Source of the DNA: Waddliaceae bacterium
Lineage (GTDB): Bacteria > Chlamydiota > Chlamydiia > Chlamydiales > SLFE01
DNA length: 64,000 nt
Assembly (NCBI GenBank): GCA_963771045.1
Contig: CAVYRW010000004.1
Span: forward strand, 320,001 to 384,000
Reading direction: 5' to 3'
The position numbers and the translations under genes are program-made. Below are positions 22,315 through 31,640 of this stretch, in pieces; position 1 is the stretch's first letter, and each line of letters begins with the position of its first letter. A model generated the notes under the pieces. That model was not told where the DNA came from. It was given only the letters and a program-made list of their open reading frames with translations, and searched no databases.

Positions 22315-22722
22315 TTAAATGATTAGACGCCTAATCCCATTTTTTAGAAGTTTTACATTGAAATTGATGAGCAAACCTCTGCCACCACCATTATGCTTAA
22401 GATAGGATAGAAGTTGGGCCTCATGAACAGGCAAGAGATTGGCCACAGATTTTATCTCCAAAATAACCTTATCTTCCACTATCATATCGATCCGGTAGCC
22501 TGAGTCTAGCTTTTTATCACGATAAATAATAGGTACTGGTATCTGCCGGTTAACTTTCAAACCCGCAAGGTTCAACTCGTAGCAAAGACAAGTTTCGTAT
22601 GTCGATTCAAGCAAGCCTGGACCTAATCTTCGATGAACTTCAATCGCAGCACCTATGATTTCCCCTGTTAAAAGGTCATTTCTTTTTTGGTTGGCTTCTT
22701 CAGTTGTGTGGGTACTAGTCAT
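22315..22722 (-). CDS. GxxExxY protein (PD-(D/E)XK nuclease-like fold)
   Basis: IIGAAIEVHRRLGPGLLESTY, RIDMIVEDKVILEIKS, QLLSYLK, GLLINF. Confidence 0.95.
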   Translation of the reverse strand: MTSTHTTEEANQKRNDLLTGEIIGAAIEVHRRLGPGLLESTYETCLCYELNLAGLKVNRQIPVPIIYRDKKLDSGYRIDMIVEDKVILEIKSVANLLPVHEAQLLSYLKHNGGGRGLLINFNVKLLKNGIRRLII

Positions 22723-22806
22723 CTTTTCTCCAAAAAGGGCGAATGCGAGCTTGCCGACAAATACCTAATACTCTAATTTTTAGTTGCAACAAATTGGAGG
22801 ATCAAG

Positions 22807-23751
22807 ATGAAGGCAAAATATCGCATTCGCAACTGGAACGACTATAACAAATCTCTTATTCAAAGGGGAAGCATAACTGTTTGGTTTTCTGAAGATGCTA
22901 TCAATAAGTGGATGGCTCCAAAAGAAATAGGAAAAAAGGGGCGTCCAAAACTCTATTCTGATGACGCTATTCTCACCGCGCTCATTATTCGATCGGTTTT
23001 TCATCTTCCATTGAGAGCACTCGAAGGATTTTTGACATCTCTTGTTATGATTTTATCTGTTGGTTTATCGATTCCTTCTTATACTCAAATTTGTCGGAGA
23101 GCTAAGTTGTTGGGGCAAGAGTTGAAGAAACTTTCGAAAAAAAAAGTCACCAATATTGTAATCGATTCAACCGGTTTGAAAGTGTACGGAGAGGGTGAAT
23201 GGAAAGTTAGGCAGCATGGAATCAGTAAAAGGCGAACATGGAGAAAGCTCCATCTGGCAGTCTGCCCTGACTCTCACGAAATTATTTTCGAAATTCTTAC
23301 TGAAAATAACGTTGCAGATTGTGAAGTGTATCCAAAACTTCTCGAGGTAATGCCGAAATCAGTTAAGCGCACATATGGAGATGGGGCTTATGATACTAAG
23401 CGATGCTATGCTGCAAATGTAGTTCACGGCTCAATTCCTATTATTCCACCCAATAGGAATGCTGTTTTTCGAGAAAACATATCTCCTTCTTGGAAGATGC
23501 GGAATATCAGTTTGCTGGAAATTTCAGGTTTAGGAGGTGATGATGATGCAAGAAAATTATGGAAAAAGTTGAAAGGTTATCATCGTCGATCACTTGCAGA
23601 AACAGCCATGTTTAGATTTAAACGATTCTTTGGAAATGATTTAAGAAGTAGAACTCTGGAAACCCAAAGGGCTGAATCAAGGGCAAAATGTGAAGCACTA
23701 AATATAATGACAAAGCTGGGAATGCCTGAAAGTGAATTAATAGCAGCTTAA
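22807..23751 (+). CDS. IS5/IS903-group DDE transposase
   Basis: YRIRNWNDYNKSLIQRGSIT, IDSTGLKVYGEGEW, RRTWRKLHL, GDGAYD, GYHRRSLAETAMFRFK. Confidence 0.97.
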   Translation: MKAKYRIRNWNDYNKSLIQRGSITVWFSEDAINKWMAPKEIGKKGRPKLYSDDAILTALIIRSVFHLPLRALEGFLTSLVMILSVGLSIPSYTQICRRAKLLGQELKKLSKKKVTNIVIDSTGLKVYGEGEWKVRQHGISKRRTWRKLHLAVCPDSHEIIFEILTENNVADCEVYPKLLEVMPKSVKRTYGDGAYDTKRCYAANVVHGSIPIIPPNRNAVFRENISPSWKMRNISLLEISGLGGDDDARKLWKKLKGYHRRSLAETAMFRFKRFFGNDLRSRTLETQRAESRAKCEALNIMTKLGMPESELIAA

Positions 23752-23863
23752 ATCAAATCTCTCATATTCTCTCTGTGCGCTCTTGTGAGCTCTGTGGTTA
23801 ATTACGCAACAAAGCCGCATCGAGATGTCGATGGGAACAAATTTTTAAAAGAGATCGAAAATG

Positions 23864-25261
23864 GAGGATGTCCCGTTTTTAGTTGAAATTCGGTGACTCC
23901 ATATACCAGTTTACGCAACCTTTGTTTTTATTTCACTCTGAATTCGGATTATCCTTTCCCTTACCTCTTCGATTGAAAAATATCCTTTAACTTTTCGAAA
24001 TCTTTTTTCTGCATCCAAGAGGGTTGTCCCCAACTATCTTTGCGCCATTTTACCCTTTGTTTGAATACGAGTTATACGGCCCATACGCCGGCTTGTATTT
24101 GAGAACACTGATTCAATCGGATTTGTGGAATGCAGTGTCTTCCTCAAACGAGGAGGCACTTTTAAACAATGCACCGTGAGGAGTTCTTCAAAACACTCAC
24201 GGAGAGATTCCGCTGCAGATGGGTTGATTGTTTCAAGCCAACTCTCCAATTTCTTGAGTTCATTCTTAGCATCTTCATACTCAAGGCAATTTATTGCATT
24301 TCGGAAGCGATGATGCGCTTCTTTTCGATATTTTTTGGGAAGATGCTTTTGGATATTTCTGTCTTTATGAAATCGTACATCTTTGATGTATAAGTAATTT
24401 CCCAAACCTATCCTTCAGAGCCTTAATGATCCCTTTTCCTCCATCGGTTATAAAAAGTATTTTCTCATCAAGCTTTAGTCCTCTGCGGTCGAGATTGTTC
24501 AACAGCTCTTGACAAATCACATTATTCTCAGTTGCACCTTCCCAAAAACCAAGAGAATGCTTATTTCCTTCAAGATCAATTGCCATTGCCACAATAAAAA
24601 CTTTTCCTGCCAGATGATAACCATCAATGAGGATAGCGAAGGGAGAAAAACTGCTTAAATCTCTATCTTTTAATTCTTTAAGCTGTTTACTTGTCGCCGC
24701 TTTCAAATGCCGTGAAACAGAGGATTTAGAAATACCGAAGTGGTCAAGCAAACCGTCCAGCGCACCCTCATACTCCCTGCAAGAGATCCCCTTTAAAGCT
24801 TTTTCTAAGAGATCATCAGAAAATCTATCCTTATTATTTAGTTCCTGATATACAGAGAGTTGGACTTCCTTTTTATCCTTCCGCAAACGTGGCTTTTTTA
24901 CTTTTAATTTTTCTCCTCCCACATAAACAGAACCCGCCTGGGATCCCCATTTCTCCCATCCGGGCAGTGGATCGTATTTAGGCCCGGCAAGCATTTCTCT
25001 TTCTGAAGAAAAAAGAAACTCGATCAAGCATTTCTTTAAGGAAATAAAAAACTGATCGAAATCGTCCTTAGCAGCTCCAATGAGATAAGCAATTTTCTCT
25101 TCGGGGCATGCAAATGAGAGAAGATCTGTTGATTTATTCTGTGATGTGCGACTATTCATCTTGTGGCTCCTTTGTTTTTTTGTTTTTTGTCAAAATTACA
25201 TATTGACTATAGGAGCCACCTCTTTTCAAGATAAAATTTCAACTAATTTTGGGACATTCTC
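23864..25261 (-). mobile_element. IS256 family element, 1398 bp
   Basis: TIRs GAGGATGTCCCGTTTTTAGTTGAAATT / (rc) GAGAATGTCCCAAAATTAGTTGAAATT; 9-bp duplication TCGAAAATG. Confidence 0.93.
23911..25159 (-). pseudogene. IS256 transposase, disrupted
   Basis: ILIDG, ITDGGKG, HQRC, HSTNPIES; frameshift near 24370 and in-frame TAG at 24034-24036 with coding sequence continuing to 23911. Confidence 0.9.
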
Positions 25262-25675
25262 TCGAAAATGGCAGGCATCTCATTGATTTAATCGAGGACA
25301 ATGATATTCTTCTTGGGATTCTTTTAGGTTATGGTGAAGAGTCATCGAAGCTCTATTATAGAAAGCAGATCGAATCCAAGGAAGATGTGGCACTTGATAT
25401 CCCTTATATAACGATAACATCGGAAAATGTTAATGGGATAGAAATATGCCCTGTTGCGTTTAAAGGAAATGCTCATTCGAAAGAGGTTAAAAAGATTTAT
25501 TCGAAGTTCCACAATGAGTGGAAGTTGTTTTGGGAATTTTATCTTGAGAAAAATCAGGATTCAATGAACTTTTTCCTTGAACCCTTTTGCAAATAGCGGT
25601 TCTGCAGAGCAACATTAGTAGCTGCCGCCAGTTATGATGGCGGTCAAAAAAAATGGTGGAAATTTCCGGGTTAAT

Positions 25676-26293
25676 TCATTCATAAAACTTGTTATCGAAT
25701 GGCACTTGCCCGAAATTGTTAATCCTTTTGAACGGAATCTCAAAACCGATAGTGATATGAAAATCATGTCTATCGATAAGAGGCGAAAGGCCATAGTCGA
25801 CTCTCAACTTCTCTAGTTCTTCGGATTCAACAGCCAGCACCCATCGGTAGCCGGTAACAACATCTATGTAGTTATTAGGGCTTGATTTCAACTGCCCCCA
25901 GCTAGTTATCACTCTCAACTCTGTTACCTGAAAAGTATAGGAATTGCCAATATCGTTTTCTATCCCCTCGGCTATTTCTGTATCTTTGACAACTGTAATG
26001 TGGGCTCCTTCTTCCTTTCCAAATGAATTGGTAGGCCTGAGATGTCCGTCTAGGATCAAGTTGGGAAACAACTTTGTCAAATAGTCGTTTGAAACATCCA
26101 AGTAAACATAGCCGTTGCCTTTCATCTTTAAGACCCCTGTCATGGGAAGGGTTTTGGCAATCTCAAGCACATGAGCTTGGGTTTGGTCAATGTTAAAGTC
26201 TTTGACGGGCTCTTCGTGTATACCTGAAGAGAGTGAAAAAACAGCCGTACAAGTGAATATTAATGAGAAGAAAATATTTTTATTAATTGTCAT
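25676..26293 (-). CDS. Secreted 2H-phosphoesterase-like protein
   Basis: Signal peptide; two H-x-T motifs (GAHITVV, DFHITIG). Confidence 0.7.
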   Translation of the reverse strand: MTINKNIFFSLIFTCTAVFSLSSGIHEEPVKDFNIDQTQAHVLEIAKTLPMTGVLKMKGNGYVYLDVSNDYLTKLFPNLILDGHLRPTNSFGKEEGAHITVVKDTEIAEGIENDIGNSYTFQVTELRVITSWGQLKSSPNNYIDVVTGYRWVLAVESEELEKLRVDYGLSPLIDRHDFHITIGFEIPFKRINNFGQVPFDNKFYE

Positions 26294-26414
26294 AAAAAAT
26301 CCTTTTTAGTTAACTATACTTAATATTATTTTATTTGTAAATAAAAAGGTTTTTATTTATGAGCAGTTGTAAAGGTTGTAATAAATTTTTAATTATCGAA
26401 AGTTGGCCGAATAC

Positions 26415-26837
26415 TTACGCTTTTTTCTTCTTTTTTTTGGGTGGGGAGAAGGCCAGGATTAGGGCCGCGGCGTTGCTGGCAACGGCGGGGTTTTTGTCTT
26501 TCTGGAGGATTTCCGCAAGCTTTACACCTTCCTCGGATCTTCCGGCCATGAAGAGCGCTTTGCACAAATTGATGAGTGCGGGAGTGTGGTCGCCTTCTAG
26601 TTTCAGGGCGTTTTCCAAAGCCTTGACGGCCTCGTTGGGCTGGTCGATTTCGACATAGATGGCGCCGAGCATTTGGGCATCGTAGATATTTTCGGGATCG
26701 AGAATGACCAGAGCCTTAAAAAGGTCGAGGGCAATGTCGTACTTGCCCTGTCTGATATAAGCATAGCCTGTAAAACGGAGTTCTTCAAGATGGTCGTCAT
26801 TCCACCCTAGTTTTTCCATCCAGTTGATTTTATCCAT
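26415..26837 (-). CDS. Chlamydial TPR protein, CT274-like (SycD-type chaperone candidate)
   Basis: WMEKLGW...YAYIRQGKYDIA TPRs; syntenic position. Confidence 0.8.
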   Translation of the reverse strand: MDKINWMEKLGWNDDHLEELRFTGYAYIRQGKYDIALDLFKALVILDPENIYDAQMLGAIYVEIDQPNEAVKALENALKLEGDHTPALINLCKALFMAGRSEEGVKLAEILQKDKNPAVASNAAALILAFSPPKKKKKKA

Positions 26838-26849
26838 AGCTTCGAAGCG

Positions 26850-27293
26850 TTATCCTTGTAAGAGCTGCCCGGCCCTTCCTATAATATAACCTAACCACTC
26901 ATTTATTGTGCGCAGTTGCTTGATGCATTGTTTAAGGGTCTCTTTTTCTTCCTTGGTTTCAGGGGTTTGACAGTTGACCGAGTTAAGGATTTCTTCATCC
27001 TCATCTTCGTCAGAGCCTATGGACGGGGAAATCTTTGCCCGTGTGAAGGGAGATCTGCGGGTGAATCTGAAGTTTTTCGGAGGATAAAAATACGCCCATG
27101 GCGCATAAGATCTTACCACGCCGAGCAATAAATCGAGTTCCGACAACTTCGGGGCCACATCGGTGACCGACGTTTGCGGGGGTATGGAAGAGGCCTCATC
27201 GAGATGATATTGCTGCTTTACGCTCTCGACGTACTGAGTGCGTCTGGCGTATTGAATATAAACGCCTAAATCTAATTTATCAATAGTAGCCAT
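26850..27293 (-). CDS. Conserved chlamydial protein, CT273-like
   Basis: YIQYARRT...LDLLLG...WAYFYPP...LQG; position between the CT274-like gene and rsmH. Confidence 0.75.
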   Translation of the reverse strand: MATIDKLDLGVYIQYARRTQYVESVKQQYHLDEASSIPPQTSVTDVAPKLSELDLLLGVVRSYAPWAYFYPPKNFRFTRRSPFTRAKISPSIGSDEDEDEEILNSVNCQTPETKEEKETLKQCIKQLRTINEWLGYIIGRAGQLLQG

Positions 27294-27362
27294 AAAACCC
27301 CTCTTTCAATTCAATTATATCAGATTTTGACTTTTTTATCGAAGTTGGCTCATTATAGGAGC

Positions 27363-28472
27363 ATGAAGAATTCTCTTCCTATTATTTCACCCTATTACGT
27401 GAAAAATGTAAAGTTTGCCAAAAGGCAGAATAACGATTTTCTCTCCGTCGTTAAGAAGCGAGTCTTTGAAGAATTTAAAATGAGGGGCATCTCTCAGTAT
27501 GCCAACACCGAAATGATTCTAAAGACTCTTTTGATCACTGCCGCCTATGCCGGCTGCCTGGCTGCCATTTTTTCCAATTACTTTGGCTCTTTGGGGGTGG
27601 TTTTGTGGTATGCGGCATTGGGGTTTGCCTGCTCTATGAACGGCCTCAATATCGCCCACGATGCCATGCACGGCGCTTATTTCAGGTCGCAAAGAATCAA
27701 CAATTGGCTGGCTTATTTTTTTGACTTCAACAGTACAAGCTCTTTTATCTGGAGAATTTCGCACAATACCTATCACCATATATATACGAATATCCCCGGG
27801 CTCGACAATGACATTGATAAGGGAAGCGCCCTCCGCCTTCAGCCCACCGATCCGTTGCTGAAGTTTCATTATTGGCAAAATTGGTATGCGATTCCTTTAT
27901 ATAGTTTGCTGACGTTTAATTGGGCGTGGATTTCCGACATTCTCTGGTGCTGCAAGGAGTTTCGAAAGGGGGCTGTTTCAGTAAAGGACGCGGCCATTTT
28001 TTTTGCCTTCAAAGCGGCCAATCTTTTGGTTTTTGTGGTTTTGCCGATATGTGTTTTGTCTGTTCCCTGGTGGGTGCCGCTCCTTGGCTATTTCCTTTTG
28101 CACATGGTAGCCGGGGTCGTATCGGGAGTCATTTTCCAACTGGGGCATGTTGTGGAAGGTGTTGAATTCATTTCACCCGATCAAGAGGGGAGCCTGCCTT
28201 ATGACTGGGCCCTTCATGAAATGCTTACAACGTCCAACTGCTGCACAAAAAGCCGCTGGGTCGCGTTTTGGGTCGGAGGGCTGAACTACCAAATCGAACA
28301 CCATCTGTTTCCAAATATCTGCCATGTCCATTATCTTTGGATTTGTGATATCGTTAAACAAACCGCTGAAGAATATAATATTCCCTATAAGGTGATTCCC
28401 ACCTTCTGGGGTGCGGTCGCCTCGCATTTAAGGGCGCTGAAAAAACTGGGACGAAAGAAACAATGGCCATGA
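27363..28472 (+). CDS. Membrane fatty acid (acyl-CoA/lipid) desaturase
   Basis: His boxes HDAMH, HNTYHH, QIEHHLFP. Confidence 0.92.
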   Translation: MKNSLPIISPYYVKNVKFAKRQNNDFLSVVKKRVFEEFKMRGISQYANTEMILKTLLITAAYAGCLAAIFSNYFGSLGVVLWYAALGFACSMNGLNIAHDAMHGAYFRSQRINNWLAYFFDFNSTSSFIWRISHNTYHHIYTNIPGLDNDIDKGSALRLQPTDPLLKFHYWQNWYAIPLYSLLTFNWAWISDILWCCKEFRKGAVSVKDAAIFFAFKAANLLVFVVLPICVLSVPWWVPLLGYFLLHMVAGVVSGVIFQLGHVVEGVEFISPDQEGSLPYDWALHEMLTTSNCCTKSRWVAFWVGGLNYQIEHHLFPNICHVHYLWICDIVKQTAEEYNIPYKVIPTFWGAVASHLRALKKLGRKKQWP

Positions 28473-29401
28473 AAAAACCACATACACCGATACTTGTACA
28501 GGAATGGTTGGAGTTTTTGGACGGCTCTGCAATCAAAATCTATGTTGACGGAACCCTTGGCGCCGGCGGCCATGCCAAAGCTGTCCTTGAGGCGCATGAG
28601 GAAATTAAATCTTTTATCGGAATTGATCAGGATCCCAATGCCCTTAAAATTGCTTCCGAGGAGCTGAAGGCATGGAAAGAAAAGGCAACTCTTATCCACG
28701 ATAATTTTGAGAATATAGATGCCATCCTATCGTCGAAGGGTATTGATAAGATCGACGGCATGTTATTGGATTTGGGCGTCTCCTCTATGCAATTGGATGA
28801 AGGCGGCAGGGGATTTAGTTTCAGGCATACGGGCCGGCTGGATATGAGAATGAATCCCAATAAAGAGCTGAGCGCCGAGATCATTGTGAATACATGGTCT
28901 CAGGACGACCTCGGTCGTATTTTCAGGGAATACGGAGAGGAAAGGCAGTGGAAGAGGGCGGCCAAAGCGATCGCCTTGAAGAGGGAGGAAAGGCCGATAG
29001 AAACGACCAAGGATCTAGTCGAGGTTCTCAGCGCCGTGTTGATAAAGAATAAGAAAAAAAACACTCACCCCGCTACAAAAATTTTTCAGGCTCTTAGGAT
29101 TGCTGTCAACAGCGAGCTCGAGGTATTGCGCGCCTCTTTACCTAGAATCATCGCCCGCCTGCGCCATGGCGGAATCTTCGGAGTCATTACTTTTCACAGC
29201 CTTGAAGACCGCATCGTGAAGAATTTATTCCGCGATGAAGCCAGCGACAAGCAAAATACTTCAGGGTTGGCGGGGCTTTTTCTTGAAAAAGAAAAAACCG
29301 TTTCCCTTCTCTCCAGAAAGCCTGTCCGGCCGTCGAAAGAAGAGGTCGACGCGAATCCGAGGTGCCGCAGCGCCAAACTGAGGGTGGCAAGGAGGCGATG
29401 A
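28469..29401 (+). CDS. rsmH: 16S rRNA m4C1402 methyltransferase
   Basis: VDGTLGAGGH, DLGVSSMQLD, FQALRIAVN, TFHSLEDRIVK, SAKLR. Confidence 0.97.
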   Translation: MKKPHTPILVQEWLEFLDGSAIKIYVDGTLGAGGHAKAVLEAHEEIKSFIGIDQDPNALKIASEELKAWKEKATLIHDNFENIDAILSSKGIDKIDGMLLDLGVSSMQLDEGGRGFSFRHTGRLDMRMNPNKELSAEIIVNTWSQDDLGRIFREYGEERQWKRAAKAIALKREERPIETTKDLVEVLSAVLIKNKKKNTHPATKIFQALRIAVNSELEVLRASLPRIIARLRHGGIFGVITFHSLEDRIVKNLFRDEASDKQNTSGLAGLFLEKEKTVSLLSRKPVRPSKEEVDANPRCRSAKLRVARRR

Positions 29402-29679
29402 GAAGTGTGCTTTTAAGAGTCCTCTTCTGCGTTTTTATGGCCGGCGCAACTTTGTACGCATTTATTGAGAGGCAAAACCGCATGACAAAAATGCGGCTCG
29501 AAATCCCTATTCTCGAAAAAGAAGTGCGCATGTTTAAGGAAGAGAGCAGAAGGTTGAAATACGAGATCGAGATGTTTGAAAATCCCGTTCATCTGATTGA
29601 ACTTTTACAAAAGCCTGAATTCGGCCACCTCAAACATCCCCATATCGATGAGGTTACGATTATTGATGAAAGCAGATAG
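29398..29679 (+). CDS. ftsL: Cell division protein FtsL-like
   Basis: TM helix plus coiled coil, between rsmH and ftsI, ATGA overlap with rsmH. Confidence 0.75.
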   Translation: MRSVLLRVLFCVFMAGATLYAFIERQNRMTKMRLEIPILEKEVRMFKEESRRLKYEIEMFENPVHLIELLQKPEFGHLKHPHIDEVTIIDESR

Positions 29680-31637
29680 CGGGGACAAGACAAGAGTGAT
29701 ATGGCTGGCAATTTTCGTGATCTGTCTTTTTTCCGTTTTGGTTGCGCAGTTTTTCACTATTCAAGTGATCAATGGAGATTATTGGAGTGAAAAAGCCAGA
29801 AGACAGCATTACTTTTTTGTCGAAGAGCCCTTTATCAGGGGAACGTTTTACTCCAATCCTTCCATCAAAAAAGGACATCCTGAAAAGCCCTACCGTTTTG
29901 TGGCTGACGTACAGAAATTCCACCTGCACGCCGACCCCGATTCTATTCCGGAAAGCGTCAGGGGCCAGCTTGCCGAAAGTTTGGCTTCGCTACTGGAATT
30001 GCCAATCGACGGGATAAGAGAGCATCTGGGTAAAAAAAGCCGCGACAGGCTGCTGGCTATGTGGCTAGGCCCTGACAAAAAGGACGCTGTCTTGTCATGG
30101 TGGAAAGAGTTTGCCAAAGAGCGGGGTATTGTGCGGAACGCCCTTTTTTTTGTCAGCGATTATCAGCGGTCTTATCCTTTTGGAAAAATGCTTGGGCAAA
30201 TCCTCCACACTGTTCAGAATCGACGGGATGATAAAACTAAGCAGGCCATCCCTACCGGGGGGCTGGAGCTGTCTTTGAATTCCTATCTTCAGGGAAAACT
30301 GGGAAAAAGGCTTCTGATGCGCTCTCCAAGGCATTCGATGGAATGGGGGGAGATCGCCATGCCCCCGGAAAATGGAGCAGACGTTTACCTGACAATCAAC
30401 CATTATCTACAAGCGGTTGCCGAAGAGGAATTGGAAAAAGGAGTTAAAAAGTCCGGGGCAAAGGGGGGATGGGCCGTCATGATGGACCCTCATACGGGAG
30501 AGATTTTAGCTTTGGCTCAGTATCCCTTTTTCTATCCGCCCCAGTATCGCGACTATTTCAATGATCCCGATCTTACCCCTGATACCCGCGCCCGTGCTTT
30601 GACCGATGCTCTTGAGCCGGGGTCTATTTTAAAACCTTTTGCCATATTGACCGCTTTTATGGCCAACAATGAGCTAGGTAAAGAAATATTCGACCCGGAA
30701 GAGAAGATTGCCTGTTCCGACGGCACGCTGCCGGGAAGGCAAAAGCCTATGACAGATGTCAGAGTGCACAAGTATCTCAATCTTCCTATGGCTATGCAGA
30801 AATCCTCGAACATATACATGGCTAAAGTTATCGACCGGGTGATCAGCTCTCTAGGGGAGAGGTGGTATCGGAACGTATTGGCGGATGTTTTCGGCTTCGG
30901 GACAAAAACCGATTTGGAGCTTTTTGGTGAAAGTTCCGGTGTTCTTCCGACGCCGGGAAAACTTCACCCGAACGGCAAACTCGAATGGTCGAAACCAACG
31001 CCCTACTCTCTTGCGATAGGACATAATCTGCAGCTCACGAGCATCCAAATCTTAAGGGCGTGGTCTCTTCTGGCAAATGGGGGGAAGATGGTCAGGCCGA
31101 CTCTTGTGAGAAAGATCGTCAAAGACGGCCGGACACTTCTCGACAACACAACCGATAAGAGATTGCAATCTTTTCCCCAAGTGATTGATCCTTCGACTGC
31201 AGCCAAGGTTGTCGACGCCCTTCGTTTTGATACAATGCCCGGGGGAACGGGCATAAAAGCCAATATTGCCGGCTTCACAGAAATTGGGAAAAGCGGCACC
31301 TCCAGAAAAATTGAGAACGGCTCTTATACATCAAAAAAACATGTAGCCTCTTTTGTCGGCTTTGTTCCCGGCGATCAGTCCCGAATTCATTTTGCTGGTC
31401 ACAATTGACGAACCGAAAGTTTGCTACATTCCGGGCGTAGGGCACAACAATCACGGAGGCGTCTCTGCCGCGCCTGTTTTCAGAGAAATTGCGAAAAAGG
31501 CTTTGGAATATTTGGGAACGGCTCCGGACGACCCCTATGGGTATCCTCCTCAGGATCCGAGATACGATCCAATAAAAGCCAAAAGGGTATCGGAAACTCG
31601 TCTGTTGCGGGAAAAGTACGATTCGTGGAATAAATAA
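29666..31637 (+). CDS. ftsI: Penicillin-binding protein 3 (apparent frameshift near 31368)
   Basis: EPGSILK (SxxK), KSSN (SxN), GKSGT; C-terminus GGVSAAPVF in the next frame. Confidence 0.93.
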
Positions 31638-31640
31638 AGC

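Larger units (their letters stand above)
22253..23816 (+). mobile_element. IS5 family (IS903 group) element with GxxExxY passenger, copy 1, 1564 bp
   Basis: TIRs GGCGTTGTTGCATAAAT / (rc) GGCTTTGTTGCGTAATT; 9-bp duplication GCATCGAGA at 22244-22252 and 23817-23825. Confidence 0.96.
21809..25596 (+). pseudogene. AT-rich hypothetical gene interrupted by two IS elements (segments 21809/21987-22252, 23826-23863, 25271-25596)
   Basis: Removing both IS plus one duplication copy each gives in-frame KDVLHRDVDGNKFLKEIENGRHLIDL...LLGILLGYG; an extra frameshift lies near 21990. Confidence 0.8.

Noticed and set aside
25623..25653. GC hairpin as an intrinsic terminator
   Set aside because: No U-tract follows the stem on either strand
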